Source of the DNA: Clostridia bacterium
GTDB lineage: Bacteria; Bacillota; Clostridia; UMGS1840
Reading direction: 5' to 3'
Length of the DNA stretch: 64,000 nucleotides
NCBI GenBank assembly: GCA_017468465.1
Contig: JAFUIN010000014.1
Coordinates: 3,618-67,617, forward strand
Made by a program: the position numbers and the translations under genes. The notes beneath the pieces were generated by a model. The model ran no database searches and had not been told where the DNA came from. It saw only the letters and a program-made list of their open reading frames with translations. Every line of letters starts with the position of its first letter. Position 1 is the first letter of the stretch. Below, one piece after another: positions 1 to 11,019 of this stretch.

Positions 1-1266
1 GACGGTACTTTCTTCAAAAACATTCAAATTGTTTTTGCACAGGAAAAACTGGAAAATTATGCCGAAATTGCAGCACTTAATGTTGGTGCGGCACTCCGCG
101 TAAGAGGAATTCTTTTAGAAACTCCTCAGTCCAAACAGCCGTTTGAAATTCAGGCAGAGGAAATCGAAATTGAAGGTGTTTCCACTCCTGATTATCCGTT
201 GCAGAAAAAACGTCACAGCGTGGAATATCTCCGCCAGATTGCTCATCTGCGCCCCCGTTCCAATTTGTTTTCTGCTGTATTCCGCATTCGTTCTATGGTT
301 GCATTTGCCATTCATAAATTCTTCAACGAAAGAGGCTTTGTGTATGTGCATACTCCAATTATCACCGGAAGCGACTGCGAAGGTGCAGGGGAAATGTTCC
401 GTGTCACTACGATGGATTTGGACAATCTGCCTGTAAAAGACGGTAAAGTTGATTTTTCCGAGGACTTTTTCGGAAAATCCACAAACTTAACCGTGAGCGG
501 ACAGCTGAATGTGGAAACATATGCTATGGCATTCAAAAAAGTATACACCTTTGGACCTACCTTCCGTGCGGAAAATTCCAACACCAGCCGTCATGCAGCA
601 GAATTCTGGATGATTGAACCTGAAATTGCATTTGCAGATTTGAATGATGATATGGCTTTGGCAGAAGATATGCTGAAATATATCATCCGTTACGTTTTGG
701 AAAATGCTCCGGAAGAAATGGAATTCTTCAATAATTTTGTAGATAAAACTCTGTTAGAACGTTTGAATTTTGTTGCGAATTCTGATTTTGGCAGAGTAAC
801 CTATACCGAAGCAGTTGAAATTTTGGAAAAATGCGGCGAAAAGTTTGAATATCCCGTGAAGTGGGGCATTGACCTGCAAACCGAACATGAACGTTATTTA
901 ACGGAAACTGTGTTCAAAAAGCCCATTTTCGTCACCGACTATCCGAAGGAAATCAAAGCCTTCTATATGCGTTTGAACGATGACGGAAAAACCGTTGCCG
1001 CTATGGATTGTCTGGTACCCGGTGTTGGCGAAATTATCGGTGGAAGCCAGAGAGAAGAACGAATGGACATTTTGTTAGACCGTATGAAAGAGCTGGGTCT
1101 TTCTGAAGAAGACTATGGCTTCTACTTGGATTTGAGAAAATATGGTTCCAACAAGCATGCCGGATATGGGCTTGGCTTTGAACGTGCGATTATGTATCTT
1201 ACCGGCATGTCCAACATCCGTGACGTAATTCCGTTCCCGCGTACTGTAGGAACTGCTGAATTTTAA
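1..1266 (+). CDS. asnS: Asparagine--tRNA ligase, C-terminal ~420 aa (5' end lies outside the window)
   Basis: Frame 1 is open from base 1 ([14 protein letters not shown]...). Class IIb aaRS blocks are present: [60 protein letters not shown]. Confidence 0.93.
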   Translation, partial: DGTFFKNIQIVFAQEKLENYAEIAALNVGAALRVRGILLETPQSKQPFEIQAEEIEIEGVSTPDYPLQKKRHSVEYLRQIAHLRPRSNLFSAVFRIRSMVAFAIHKFFNERGFVYVHTPIITGSDCEGAGEMFRVTTMDLDNLPVKDGKVDFSEDFFGKSTNLTVSGQLNVETYAMAFKKVYTFGPTFRAENSNTSRHAAEFWMIEPEIAFADLNDDMALAEDMLKYIIRYVLENAPEEMEFFNNFVDKTLLERLNFVANSDFGRVTYTEAVEILEKCGEKFEYPVKWGIDLQTEHERYLTETVFKKPIFVTDYPKEIKAFYMRLNDDGKTVAAMDCLVPGVGEIIGGSQREERMDILLDRMKELGLSEEDYGFYLDLRKYGSNKHAGYGLGFERAIMYLTGMSNIRDVIPFPRTVGTAEF

Positions 1267-1296
1267 TTCATTCCATCAGAAAAGAGACAAAGCGTT

Positions 1297-2049
1297 ATGA
1301 AATTGATTCTCGTTATTGTGTTGGTGCTGCTTTTGTGGTGCTGTTACAAAAATCGTTCTTTTTTCATCTATCGCAACGGCGTGCAGGAAGTCGTGGCGGG
1401 AGACCCGAAAAAAGGGTTGGAGCTTTTGAGAAAAGCCTCCAAAAAAGGTGTATCTCCCAACAAAGAGGTTCAGACGGCATATGCCGAGCTGAAATATGGA
1501 GAGCTAAGCCGTGCAAAAGAAAAACTGAATTTATTGCTTTTGAATTCCAAGGTAAAGCAACCGGTCAAATATCAGGCAAGATTGATGCTGTCAATCATCC
1601 GCTTGCAAGAAGGAGAATTATCAGAAGCAAAAGAAAGTCTGGAAGCGTTGTATGAGAAGGGGTACCGAACCACCAATTTTTATGCCACATACGGATATAT
1701 GGCAATTTTAACCGGTGACACCGAGTATTTCATCAAAATTAACGAAGAAGCTTATCAATACAACCGGGATAATTTAGTTATTTGCGATAACTATGGATTA
1801 AGTCTCTTTTTATCGGGGAATACAGAGCAGGCGCAGTCGGTTTATGATGAGCTGATTGCCAGGGAACCCAAATTTCCCGAAGCATATTATAACTACGCAT
1901 GTGTGCTGGAAAAATCCGGTGACCATATGCAAGCCGTGCAAATGCTGCATCGTGCATTGGAACAGGAGTTTTCCGGAGTAACCACCATCAAAAAAGAACA
2001 GGTAACCGAAATGCTTGCCCGTTTGGAGCAGAGCATTTCGCAAGAATAA
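1297..2049 (+). CDS. Membrane-anchored TPR-repeat protein
   Basis: N-terminal hydrophobic helix (KLILVIVLVLLLWCC) followed by repeated about 34-aa helical A/Y/L-rich units (AYYNYACVLEKSGDHMQAVQMLHRAL). Confidence 0.6.
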   Translation: MKLILVIVLVLLLWCCYKNRSFFIYRNGVQEVVAGDPKKGLELLRKASKKGVSPNKEVQTAYAELKYGELSRAKEKLNLLLLNSKVKQPVKYQARLMLSIIRLQEGELSEAKESLEALYEKGYRTTNFYATYGYMAILTGDTEYFIKINEEAYQYNRDNLVICDNYGLSLFLSGNTEQAQSVYDELIAREPKFPEAYYNYACVLEKSGDHMQAVQMLHRALEQEFSGVTTIKKEQVTEMLARLEQSISQE

Positions 2050-2077
2050 CAGAAAGGACACAGTCAGGAGTAAGGTT

Positions 2078-5000
2078 ATGGAAATTTTTAGAATTTATGC
2101 AGAAAAAAAGGACGGGTTTGACATCAGTGCAAAATCTGTATGTCAGGACTTAAGAGAAAATTTAGGCATCAAAGAGCTTACCAAGGTGAGAATTTTGGTG
2201 CGTTATGACATTTCCGGCATCAATCAGGAAGAATACGAAAAAGCGAAATATGTTATTTTTTCCGAACCTATGCAGGATTATGTGTATGATGAAACTGTAG
2301 ATTTGGGTGATGCCAAAACCTTTGCAATGGAATATCTCCCCGGTCAATATGACCAGAGGGCAGACTCTGCCGCACAGTGTGTGCAGGTTATTACAGGGAA
2401 AGAACGTCCTGTTGTAAAGACTGCAACTGTGTATGCGTTTTTAGGAAATGTGTCCGACGAGCAGCTTTCAGAAATCAAGAAATATTTAATTAACCCTGTG
2501 GAAGCAAGAGAAGCAAAGGCTGAGAAGCCTGTTACTTTGGTGGATGCCATTGTTGAACCGGACGATGTGGCTGTGATTGACGGTTTTATTTCTGCTGACG
2601 AAGCTACCTTAAAATCTATGCTGTCCGATTATGGCTTTGCTATGGATTTTGATGATATTTCTTTCTGTCAGAAATATTTCAAGGACGAAGAACAGCGCGA
2701 TCCTACATTAACTGAACTCCGTATGATTGATACTTATTGGTCTGACCATTGCCGTCATACCACCTTTGCCACTCATTTAACCGATATCAAAGTGGAAGAT
2801 GAGCTGGTAAACGAAGTCTACAAAGATTACTGTGATGCCAGAGTTACTTTAGGCAGAACCGAAAAACCCGTTTGCTTAATGGATATCGCTACCATTGCAG
2901 CAAAAGAGCTGAAAAAAATGGGCTACTTAAAAAATCTGGATGAATCCGAAGAAATCAATGCTTGCTCCATTGAGGTGGAAGCTGAGGTTAACGGTAAAAA
3001 AGAAGCATATCTGATTATGTTCAAAAACGAAACCCATAACCATCCTACCGAAATTGAACCCTTTGGCGGTGCGGCAACCTGTTTGGGCGGTGCAATCCGT
3101 GACCCGCTTTCCGGACGTTCCTATGTATATCAGGCAATGCGTATTACCGGTAGCGGCGACCCGAGAAAATCTCTCAAAGAAACACTTCCGGGCAAACTGC
3201 CGCAAAGAAAAATCTCCAAGGTTGCGGCAAAAGGTTACAGCTCTTACGGCAACCAGATTGGTTTGGCAACCGGTTTGGTAAGAGAAGTGTATGACGAAGG
3301 CTATGTTGCAAAACGTCTGGAAATCGGTGCTGTTGTGGGTGCTGTTCCCAAAGCAAATGTCGTAAGAGAACGTCCTCAGCCGGGTGATAAAATTATTCTT
3401 TTGGGTGGCAGAACCGGCCGTGACGGTTGCGGTGGTGCAACCGGTTCTTCCAAAGCTCACACTATGGAATCTTTGGAATCCTGCGGTGCAGAAGTGCAGA
3501 AGGGGAATCCGCCGGAAGAACGTAAAATTCAACGTCTGATGCGCAAGAAAGAAGTCACCACTTTAATCAAACGCTGTAATGACTTTGGTGCAGGCGGTGT
3601 GTCTGTTGCCATTGGTGAGCTTTGTGACGGTTTGGTAATTCAGCTGGATAAAGTTCCCAAAAAATATGAAGGCTTAGATGGAACCGAGCTGGCAATTTCT
3701 GAATCTCAAGAAAGAATGGCAGTTGTGGTTGCAGCAGAAGATGTTGAAAAATTCATGGCATATGCCAACGAAGAAAACTTAGAAGCAACTTTGGTTGCCG
3801 ATGTAACCGATACCAACCGCTTGGAAATGTATTGGAGAGGCAATAAAATTGTAAATCTTTCCAGAACCTTCTTAAACTCCAACGGTGCTTCCAAACAGGC
3901 GAAAGTAACCGTTCCGAAAATCGAACTCAAAAATGCACTCTGCGGAGAGTTTACAGACCTTTCAGAAATGCTCTCCGACTTTAATATCTGTTCCCAGAAG
4001 GGACTTATTGAAAACTTTGACTCTACCATCGGCGCGGCAACTGTTCTGATGCCCTTTGGCGGAGCATATGAACTGACTCCCGAAGAAGTTATGGCTGCAA
4101 AAATTCCTGTAGAATATGGCGATACCAATACTGCGACCGTAATGAGCTATGGCTACAATTCCAAATTGTCTGCTGCATCTACTTTCCACGGTGCATACTA
4201 TGCAGTCATTGAATCTGTTGCAAGAATTATTGCAGCAGGAGCAAAACTGTCTGATACTTATCTTACCTTCCAGGAATATTTTGAACGGTTGCGAGAAGAG
4301 CCTACCCGTTGGGGCAAGCCCTTTGCAGCGTTACTCGGTGCATACCATGCGCAAAAACTGTTGAAAATTGCGGCAATCGGCGGAAAAGACTCTATGTCCG
4401 GTTCCTTTAACGAAATGGACGTGCCGCCCACATTGGTATCCTTTGCCATTGCTCCGGTTTGCGCCAATGCAGTTATTTCCCGGGAAATGAAGCAGAAAAA
4501 CTCCAAAGTATATCTTTTGAAAACTCCTATCCTGGAAAACGGCTTACTGGATATGGATGCTTTTCTTCAAAATGTGAAATGGCTGGAAGAAAACATTGCA
4601 AATAAAACTGTAATTTCTGCATCTGCCATTTCTTACGGTGGTATTGCAGAAGCGGTTACTAAAATGCTTTTGGGTAATAAAATCGGCTTCCAATTTACCA
4701 AAAATGACGGTTTATTTGATAAACTTTACGGCTCCTTTGTTGTTGAAACAATGTCCGATTTAGATATGGAACTCATTGGTGCTACCAATGATGGTGACAG
4801 CATTGTATGTATGGGAAAAACCTATCTGCTTTCTGATTTGGCAGATACCTTTGAAAAACCCCTTGCAAAAGTATATCCGCCTTATGCAGAAAAAATTGAC
4901 GGTGAAATTACCGATTGTGAATACAAAGCTTCAAACATTGTGACATCTTCTGTAAAGGTTGCAAAACCCAAGGTATTTATTCCGGTATTCCCCGGTTCAA

Positions 5001-5761
5001 ACTGTGAATATGACTCTGCAAGACGGTTTGAAAAAGCCGGTGCAGAGCCTCATGTAATGGTGTTTAAGAACCTTACTGTTTCCATGTTGGAAGAATCTGT
5101 GGATGCGATGTCGAAAATGATAGAACAGTCGCAGATTATGATGATTCCCGGCGGATTTTCCGGTGGTGATGAGCCTGACGGAAGCGGAAAATTCATTTCT
5201 GCAGTTTTAAGAAACCCCAAAATTAAAGATGCCATCAACCGTTTGCTCTATCAGAGAGACGGCTTGATGCTGGGTATCTGTAACGGGTTCCAGGCACTGA
5301 TTAAATTGGGCTTAGTTCCTTATGGTGACATTTTAGAACCCAACGAAAACTGGCCTACCTTGACATTTAACACCATTCCTCGTCATATTTCTACCATGGT
5401 GGATGTGAAAGTAACCTCCAATCTGTCTCCCTGGCTGATGAATACCAAAGTGGGAGATGTCTATAAAACTGCAATTTCTCACGGTGAGGGCAGATTTACT
5501 GCTCCCAAGGCTGTATTGGATGAGCTGATTCAGAATGGTCAGATTGCAACCCAGTATGTAGACCTTTCCGGTAATCCCACCTACGATTCCCGTTATAATC
5601 CTAACGGTTCTTTATATTCCATTGAAGGTATTACCTCCAAGGATGGCAGAATTTTTGGTAAAATGGGTCACTCCGAACGTATTGCAGATAACCTGTATAA
5701 AAACATTGAAGGTTCTTTTGATATGAAACTATTTGAATCAGGCGTAGAATACTTCAAATAA
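2078..5761 (+). CDS. purL: Phosphoribosylformylglycinamidine (FGAM) synthase, single-chain large form with PurS-like, synthetase and glutaminase domains
   Basis: 1227 aa. Motifs YWSDHCRHTTF, FGGAATCLGGAIRD and C-terminal GATase GICNGFQAL...HGEGRF. The ATG at 2078 follows AGGAG (2066-2070). The track start at 2015 overlaps the upstream gene. Confidence 0.95.
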   Translation: MEIFRIYAEKKDGFDISAKSVCQDLRENLGIKELTKVRILVRYDISGINQEEYEKAKYVIFSEPMQDYVYDETVDLGDAKTFAMEYLPGQYDQRADSAAQCVQVITGKERPVVKTATVYAFLGNVSDEQLSEIKKYLINPVEAREAKAEKPVTLVDAIVEPDDVAVIDGFISADEATLKSMLSDYGFAMDFDDISFCQKYFKDEEQRDPTLTELRMIDTYWSDHCRHTTFATHLTDIKVEDELVNEVYKDYCDARVTLGRTEKPVCLMDIATIAAKELKKMGYLKNLDESEEINACSIEVEAEVNGKKEAYLIMFKNETHNHPTEIEPFGGAATCLGGAIRDPLSGRSYVYQAMRITGSGDPRKSLKETLPGKLPQRKISKVAAKGYSSYGNQIGLATGLVREVYDEGYVAKRLEIGAVVGAVPKANVVRERPQPGDKIILLGGRTGRDGCGGATGSSKAHTMESLESCGAEVQKGNPPEERKIQRLMRKKEVTTLIKRCNDFGAGGVSVAIGELCDGLVIQLDKVPKKYEGLDGTELAISESQERMAVVVAAEDVEKFMAYANEENLEATLVADVTDTNRLEMYWRGNKIVNLSRTFLNSNGASKQAKVTVPKIELKNALCGEFTDLSEMLSDFNICSQKGLIENFDSTIGAATVLMPFGGAYELTPEEVMAAKIPVEYGDTNTATVMSYGYNSKLSAASTFHGAYYAVIESVARIIAAGAKLSDTYLTFQEYFERLREEPTRWGKPFAALLGAYHAQKLLKIAAIGGKDSMSGSFNEMDVPPTLVSFAIAPVCANAVISREMKQKNSKVYLLKTPILENGLLDMDAFLQNVKWLEENIANKTVISASAISYGGIAEAVTKMLLGNKIGFQFTKNDGLFDKLYGSFVVETMSDLDMELIGATNDGDSIVCMGKTYLLSDLADTFEKPLAKVYPPYAEKIDGEITDCEYKASNIVTSSVKVAKPKVFIPVFPGSNCEYDSARRFEKAGAEPHVMVFKNLTVSMLEESVDAMSKMIEQSQIMMIPGGFSGGDEPDGSGKFISAVLRNPKIKDAINRLLYQRDGLMLGICNGFQALIKLGLVPYGDILEPNENWPTLTFNTIPRHISTMVDVKVTSNLSPWLMNTKVGDVYKTAISHGEGRFTAPKAVLDELIQNGQIATQYVDLSGNPTYDSRYNPNGSLYSIEGITSKDGRIFGKMGHSERIADNLYKNIEGSFDMKLFESGVEYFK

Positions 5762-5776
5762 TCGGGGAGAAAGTTT

Positions 5777-6583
5777 ATGAATTATCAGGCAGCGGCAGAT
5801 TATATCCGTGAAAAAATCCAGGGCGATTTTGACACTTGTGTGGTGCTCGGCTCCGGATATGGCAAGTTAATCGACAAATTACCCCAAAAAGTTACCATTT
5901 CTTATTCTGAAATTCCTTTCTTTCCCGTTTCTACCGTACCCGGTCACAAAGGGGAAATGGTGTTCGCATCTTTCCAAGGGAAAAATGTTGTCTTTTTGTC
6001 GGGAAGATTCCATTTTTACGAAGGATATTCCCTACAGGAAGTGACTTGTTACGTCAGAGTTTTGAAGCTTTTGGGAGTCAAAAATCTGATTTTAACCAAT
6101 GCCACCGGCAGCATCAATCCCAATTTTAAGGCGGGAGATTTAGTAGTCATTTCCGATCATATTAAACTGGGGTTGCAAAGTCCTTTGTTTGGACCAAATG
6201 ACGAAACCTTTGGCCCAAGATTTCACGATATGTCTTGTGCCTATTCCAAAGATTTGCGAGAAAAGGCAAAACAGGCATTTGAAAGAGTTGGCATTCCCTA
6301 TCAAACAGGGGTTTATGCCATGATGGGCGGTCCTCAGTTTGAAACGCCGGCAGAAATTCGTGCACTTGGAATTCTGGGCGCAGATATGGTGGGGATGTCT
6401 ACCGTGCCAGAGGTAATTGTTGCCAACCACACGGGGATGAAGGTGCTTGGCATTTCTCTCATTTCCAATCTGGCAGCAGGCATTTCAAAAGCTCCGCTTT
6501 CTCACGAAGAAGTAATGGAAGAAGGCAGACGTGCTACAGAAAAATTCTGGGGCGTTTTGTGTGAGCTGATTCAATTATTATAA
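5777..6583 (+). CDS. punA: Purine nucleoside phosphorylase (PNP-I / PunA type)
   Basis: 268 aa. Motifs GRFHFYEGY, LTNATGS, GPQFETPAEIR, GADMVGMSTVPEV. Confidence 0.9.
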   Translation: MNYQAAADYIREKIQGDFDTCVVLGSGYGKLIDKLPQKVTISYSEIPFFPVSTVPGHKGEMVFASFQGKNVVFLSGRFHFYEGYSLQEVTCYVRVLKLLGVKNLILTNATGSINPNFKAGDLVVISDHIKLGLQSPLFGPNDETFGPRFHDMSCAYSKDLREKAKQAFERVGIPYQTGVYAMMGGPQFETPAEIRALGILGADMVGMSTVPEVIVANHTGMKVLGISLISNLAAGISKAPLSHEEVMEEGRRATEKFWGVLCELIQLL

Positions 6584-6604
6584 TTTAGATAAAGGAAAAA
6601 ACTT

Positions 6605-7828
6605 ATGAACGATTTGATATTAAGCGGTCAGAAAAAGATTGCATGGGCAAAGCGCTTTATGCCTGTTTTGACAGAAATTGAAAAAGATTTTGTGAAAAAT
6701 CAGGTGTTTTCCGGCTTAAAAATTACAGTTTGCATTCACCTGGAAGCAAAAACCGCTTGCTTTGTAAAAATGTTAAAAAATGCCGGTGCGATAGTTACGG
6801 CAACCGGCTGCAATCCCTTGTCTACTCAAGATGATGTGTGTGAAGCACTGCGCCATGAGGGCATTCGTGTATGTGCAAAACACGGCGTTTCTATGGAAGA
6901 ATATCAAAAGCATCTGGAAGAATCCTTGTCTGAAGGTCCCGATTTGATTTTAGACGACGGAGGAGACCTTACCGATATTATTCATCATAAAATGCCACAT
7001 CTGGCAGACAAACTGATTGGTGGAACAGAAGAAACCACCACAGGTGTAAACCGCTTAAAAAATCTGGCTCAAAAAGGCGAAATTAAATATCCCATTATTG
7101 CAGCAAATGATGCAATGATGAAATTTTTATTTGATAACCGTTACGGTACCGGACAGTCGGTTTGGGATGGCATTAACCGCACCACCAATCTGGTTGTTGC
7201 AGGGAAAACCGTTGTCATTGCGGGCTACGGCTGGTGTGGCAGAGGTGCAGCACTTCGTGCAAAAGGATTGGGTGCAAAGGTCATCATTACCGAAATTGAC
7301 GAAATCAAGGCCATTGAGGCTGTGATGGACGGTCATACCGTGATGAAAATGTCAGATGCTGCAAAGCTGGGTGATATTTTTGTGACGTTAACCGGCTGTA
7401 AGGATGTCATTACAAAAGAGCATTTTATGGTAATGAAAAACGGTGCAGTTTTGGCGAATGCGGGTCATTTTGATGTGGAAATCAATAAGAATGACCTGCT
7501 GGAAGTGAGTCAATCTCACGAAGAAACCCGCCAGAATATTGAAACCTATACGCTCCAAAACGGTAAAGAAATTCATTTGCTTGCCGAGGGCAGATTAGTG
7601 AATCTGGCAGCAGGGGACGGACACCCTGCAGAGATTATGGATATGAGCTTCTCTGTACAGGCATTAGCATTACATTATTTGAAAGAGCATAAAGATGAAC
7701 TGAAGCCCGGTATGATTTATCTGCCGGAAGAAATTAACCGAAAAATTGCATCCATTAAGCTGGCTTCTCTGGAAGCGGGTCTGGATGTTTTGACAGCGGA
7801 ACAAAAAGGATACTATTTTGGTGAATAA
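6605..7828 (+). CDS. ahcY: Adenosylhomocysteinase (short form, 407 aa)
   Basis: Motifs ATGCNPLSTQDDV, DDGGDLT, EETTTGV, NAD fold IAGYGWCGRG, ANAGHFDVEI. Confidence 0.93.
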   Translation: MNDLILSGQKKIAWAKRFMPVLTEIEKDFVKNQVFSGLKITVCIHLEAKTACFVKMLKNAGAIVTATGCNPLSTQDDVCEALRHEGIRVCAKHGVSMEEYQKHLEESLSEGPDLILDDGGDLTDIIHHKMPHLADKLIGGTEETTTGVNRLKNLAQKGEIKYPIIAANDAMMKFLFDNRYGTGQSVWDGINRTTNLVVAGKTVVIAGYGWCGRGAALRAKGLGAKVIITEIDEIKAIEAVMDGHTVMKMSDAAKLGDIFVTLTGCKDVITKEHFMVMKNGAVLANAGHFDVEINKNDLLEVSQSHEETRQNIETYTLQNGKEIHLLAEGRLVNLAAGDGHPAEIMDMSFSVQALALHYLKEHKDELKPGMIYLPEEINRKIASIKLASLEAGLDVLTAEQKGYYFGE

Positions 7829-7852
7829 CACAAAGTTAAGGGGAATTTTGGC

Positions 7853-9640
7853 ATGCAAAAGTTTTTAACCAGTAAAAATTTGATTATTGCAGTTGCTTTG
7901 CTGCTTGCGGCATTGGTATTGATGGCAAGCGGTTTGGCATATTATGATGCTTATCATTCTGCAAAAGTGACCAGCGGCGTAGAGCTGAATTCTGTGATTG
8001 TTGGCGGAAAAACCGAAGAAGAGCTTTCTCTTCTGTTGGATTTGGAAATCAGCAAGCCCAAAATCATTCAGGTTGCTGTGTCTGACCAAACGTTGGAATT
8101 GGATTTGAACTCTGCTGGCTTTTCCATTGATAAAGAACAAACTATGGAAACCATTCGTAATACCGGTAAAAACAACTTTTGGGCAGCATTAAAAGCACGT
8201 CTTTTCAGAACCCCTGTAACCGCAACAGTTGTTTCTGATCCGGAAATGTTTACCACCGTGTTGGAAACACTCCTTACCGAAAAAAATCTCAACACCAGAA
8301 AATTTGATTATACGATTGAAGAACAGGTTGCAACCATTGCTTTGAAATCAGATGTCATAAGCTACGATTCTAAAAAGCTTTATGATGACATTATCGCTAC
8401 ATACCCTGAACTTTCTCCTACATACACAATGGAGCAAATGACTTCGGCTCCACCAAAACCGGAGGAAATTAAAGCGGTCATCAATGTGCCTGTTATGGAT
8501 GCGAGAATAGAAAAGCAAGACGGTAAAACCCGTGTGATTCCTCATCAGGTTGGCTTGGCTGTAGACGAAGAAGTCCTTCTTGCCAAGCTCAATGCAGGAG
8601 AAACTGAATTTCAGGTTCCGCTTACCGTTTTGAAGCCAAAGGTTTATACTGATGATTTGGCTGATGATGCTTTCCCCAACAGGTTGGCAACCTTTACTAC
8701 TCACTATAAAGAAGCAGAGGTGTCCCGCTCGGCAAATGTGAAGCTGGCAGCCAAAAAAGTAAATGGAACGGTATTAAACCCAGGCGATATTTTTTCGTTT
8801 AATAAAGTTGTGGGAAAACGTTCTTATGAAAATGGGTTCAAGGATGCAAAAATCTTTTTATCCGACAAGGTGGTAGATGGAACCGGTGGTGGCATTTGTC
8901 AGGTTTCTTCCACCATTTATCCGGCTGCATTGTATGCCGATTTGAAAATTGTGGAACGCAGAAATCATAATTTTGTGGTTTCTTATGCAAAAGCCGGCAT
9001 TGATGCAACGGTTGTGTATGGTTCCATCGATTTTAAGTTCCAGAACAGTCTGGAAAATCCCATTCGTATCAAAGCTTCTGCAGTCAACGGTAATATGACG
9101 GTAGAAATCTGGGGAACCAAAGAAAACAACAATACTGTAGAGTTGACCACCGAGCATTTGGGAACTACTCCCCGGGGTATCAAATATGTTTATAATGAAG
9201 CGCTCCAGCCCGGTGAAGAAAAGGTAACACAGTCAGGGTATGACGGTGTAAAAGCACGTGCATACCGCATTGTAAGAGATGCAAACGGAAATAAAATCCG
9301 TACCGATAATCTGGGTGTGTCCAATTATGTTCCATTGGTGAAAATGGTGGAAACAAGCGATAAAGGCTTGGTAGAAACCGGCATTCCAACAGAAGCTATT
9401 CCGGGGGAAACTCCGGTTCCGTCGGACAATCCCGATGGGGGCAGCGAACCTTCTGTTCCAACCGAATCTTCTGCACCGACCGCTACTCCGATTCCTGAGG
9501 GAAGTGCAGCACCTGAGGCAACGCCAACCCCGATTACCACTGCAGAACCTGTGGTGACTCCCTTACCGGTGGTAACTTCCGCTCCGGTTGAAACTATCTC
9601 ACCGGAGACACCGTCTAATAATGAAGATTCAACCTTATAA
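7853..9640 (+). CDS. VanW-family protein with G5 domain and a Pro/Thr-rich C-terminal tail
   Basis: N-terminal TM helix. VanW core GGGICQVSSTIYPAALYADL...RNHNF. G5-like block (GEEKVTQSGYDGVKARAYRIVRD). PT-rich tail from about 9400 to 9620. Confidence 0.8.
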   Translation: MQKFLTSKNLIIAVALLLAALVLMASGLAYYDAYHSAKVTSGVELNSVIVGGKTEEELSLLLDLEISKPKIIQVAVSDQTLELDLNSAGFSIDKEQTMETIRNTGKNNFWAALKARLFRTPVTATVVSDPEMFTTVLETLLTEKNLNTRKFDYTIEEQVATIALKSDVISYDSKKLYDDIIATYPELSPTYTMEQMTSAPPKPEEIKAVINVPVMDARIEKQDGKTRVIPHQVGLAVDEEVLLAKLNAGETEFQVPLTVLKPKVYTDDLADDAFPNRLATFTTHYKEAEVSRSANVKLAAKKVNGTVLNPGDIFSFNKVVGKRSYENGFKDAKIFLSDKVVDGTGGGICQVSSTIYPAALYADLKIVERRNHNFVVSYAKAGIDATVVYGSIDFKFQNSLENPIRIKASAVNGNMTVEIWGTKENNNTVELTTEHLGTTPRGIKYVYNEALQPGEEKVTQSGYDGVKARAYRIVRDANGNKIRTDNLGVSNYVPLVKMVETSDKGLVETGIPTEAIPGETPVPSDNPDGGSEPSVPTESSAPTATPIPEGSAAPEATPTPITTAEPVVTPLPVVTSAPVETISPETPSNNEDSTL

Positions 9641-9717
9641 AACGGAGTTTCCCTTCGTTTTATAATGAAATAGAAATGATAGTTTGATTGAATGATCGCA
9701 AGGAGGATATGATTACT

Positions 9718-11019
9718 ATGGCACGTACTTTCAGAGGAGGCTTTCATCCGGAAGAACGAAAACATTTGACCGAGCACAAGGAAATTGCAGTTCTTCCGGT
9801 ACCTTCTGTTCTTACCATTCCGATGGCACAGCATATCGGTGCTCCCTGTACTCCTCTGGTAAAAGTGGGGGATGAGGTGAAAATAGGGCAAAAAATCGGT
9901 GAACCAAACGGTTTTATGTCGGTTCCCGTACATTCATCTGTTTCCGGAAAAGTAATTGCAGTAGAACCGCGCCCCCATACCGGATTGGGGACTGTTCTAT
10001 CTGTGGTGATTGAAAATGACTTTTTAGATGCCGTTTCCGATACAGTGCAACCCAAAAATATTGACAGCCTTTCTCAAAAAGAATTGATTGATGCAGTCAA
10101 AGAAGCTGGCATTGTGGGAATGGGTGGTGCAACCTTTCCTACCTTTATCAAGCTGTCCCCTCCCGAGGGGAAAAAGGCAGATGCTGTTATTCTGAACGGT
10201 GCTGAATGTGAGCCCTTTTTAACAGCTGACCATCGTGTGATGCTGGAGCATCCCGATGATGTTATCGACGGTCTCAAAATCATGATGAAAATTCTTTCGG
10301 TAGACCGTGGTTATATTGCCATTGAAGATAATAAAAAAGATGCCTATGCACTCCTCAAAGAAAAATGCAAAGGCGAAGCTCAGATTCAGGTGGTTTTGGT
10401 AAAAACAAAATATCCTCAGGGCAGCGAAAAACAGCTCATAGACTCTGTTTTAAGACGAGAAGTAAAATCCGGACAATTACCGATTGATGCCGGCGTTGTG
10501 GTGCAAAATGTAGCATCTGCTGCAGAAATTTCCACTGCACTCCGAACCGGCATGCCTCTGGTAAAGAGAGTTGTAACCGTATCCGGCAGCGGTGTAGAGA
10601 ATCCCGGTAATTTCCTGGTAAGAATCGGAACTCCGCTTTCTTTCCTTGCAGAGCATGTAGGAATAAAAGATGGAATCAGAAAAGTTCTGGCAGGAGGTCC
10701 CATGATGGGAGCAGCACAGTATACCATGGATGCTCCGGTCATTAAGGGGACATCCGGGCTTTTGCTCTTTACAGAGAAAGAATATAAGCATTATGAACCT
10801 TCCGATTGTCTCCGTTGCGGCAGATGCGTCAAGCACTGTCCTATGCGGTTGATGCCCTTTATGATTATGCAACAGGCAGAACTGAATAATTTAGACGGTG
10901 CTGTGAAATACGGTTTGAAGGATTGTATGGAATGCGGAACCTGCAGTTACATTTGTCCTTCCAGAAGACGTCTGGTGCAAACTTTCAAGATTGCCAAAGC
11001 AAGTCTTCCCAAAAAATAG
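9718..11019 (+). CDS. rnfC: Rnf electron-transport complex subunit C
   Basis: GMGGATFPT NADH/FMN-type motif. Two 4Fe-4S motifs: CLRCGRCVKHCP and CMECGTCSYICP. The ATG at 9718 is well spaced from AGGAGG (9701-9706). The track start at 9688 is less likely. Confidence 0.92.
   Translation: MARTFRGGFHPEERKHLTEHKEIAVLPVPSVLTIPMAQHIGAPCTPLVKVGDEVKIGQKIGEPNGFMSVPVHSSVSGKVIAVEPRPHTGLGTVLSVVIENDFLDAVSDTVQPKNIDSLSQKELIDAVKEAGIVGMGGATFPTFIKLSPPEGKKADAVILNGAECEPFLTADHRVMLEHPDDVIDGLKIMMKILSVDRGYIAIEDNKKDAYALLKEKCKGEAQIQVVLVKTKYPQGSEKQLIDSVLRREVKSGQLPIDAGVVVQNVASAAEISTALRTGMPLVKRVVTVSGSGVENPGNFLVRIGTPLSFLAEHVGIKDGIRKVLAGGPMMGAAQYTMDAPVIKGTSGLLLFTEKEYKHYEPSDCLRCGRCVKHCPMRLMPFMIMQQAELNNLDGAVKYGLKDCMECGTCSYICPSRRRLVQTFKIAKASLPKK

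Noticed and set aside
9400-9620. Repetitive-looking Pro/Thr/Ala/Glu-rich stretch that might be mistaken for a tandem repeat or spacer array.
   Set aside because: It is in frame within the VanW/G5 ORF and encodes a PT-rich linker or tail. It has no exact nucleotide direct repeats of CRISPR-like regularity.
9325-9933. 202-aa minus-strand ORF, plus similar long antisense ORFs at 15868-16443, 25487-25966, 49398-49937, 50177-50653 and 2927-3532.
   Set aside because: Each lies entirely opposite a confidently identified sense gene (VanW/rnfC, prpC, ppa, the ECF-S region, glnA, purL). Each has low-complexity or odd composition, no RBS and no recognisable motifs. They are shadow ORFs.
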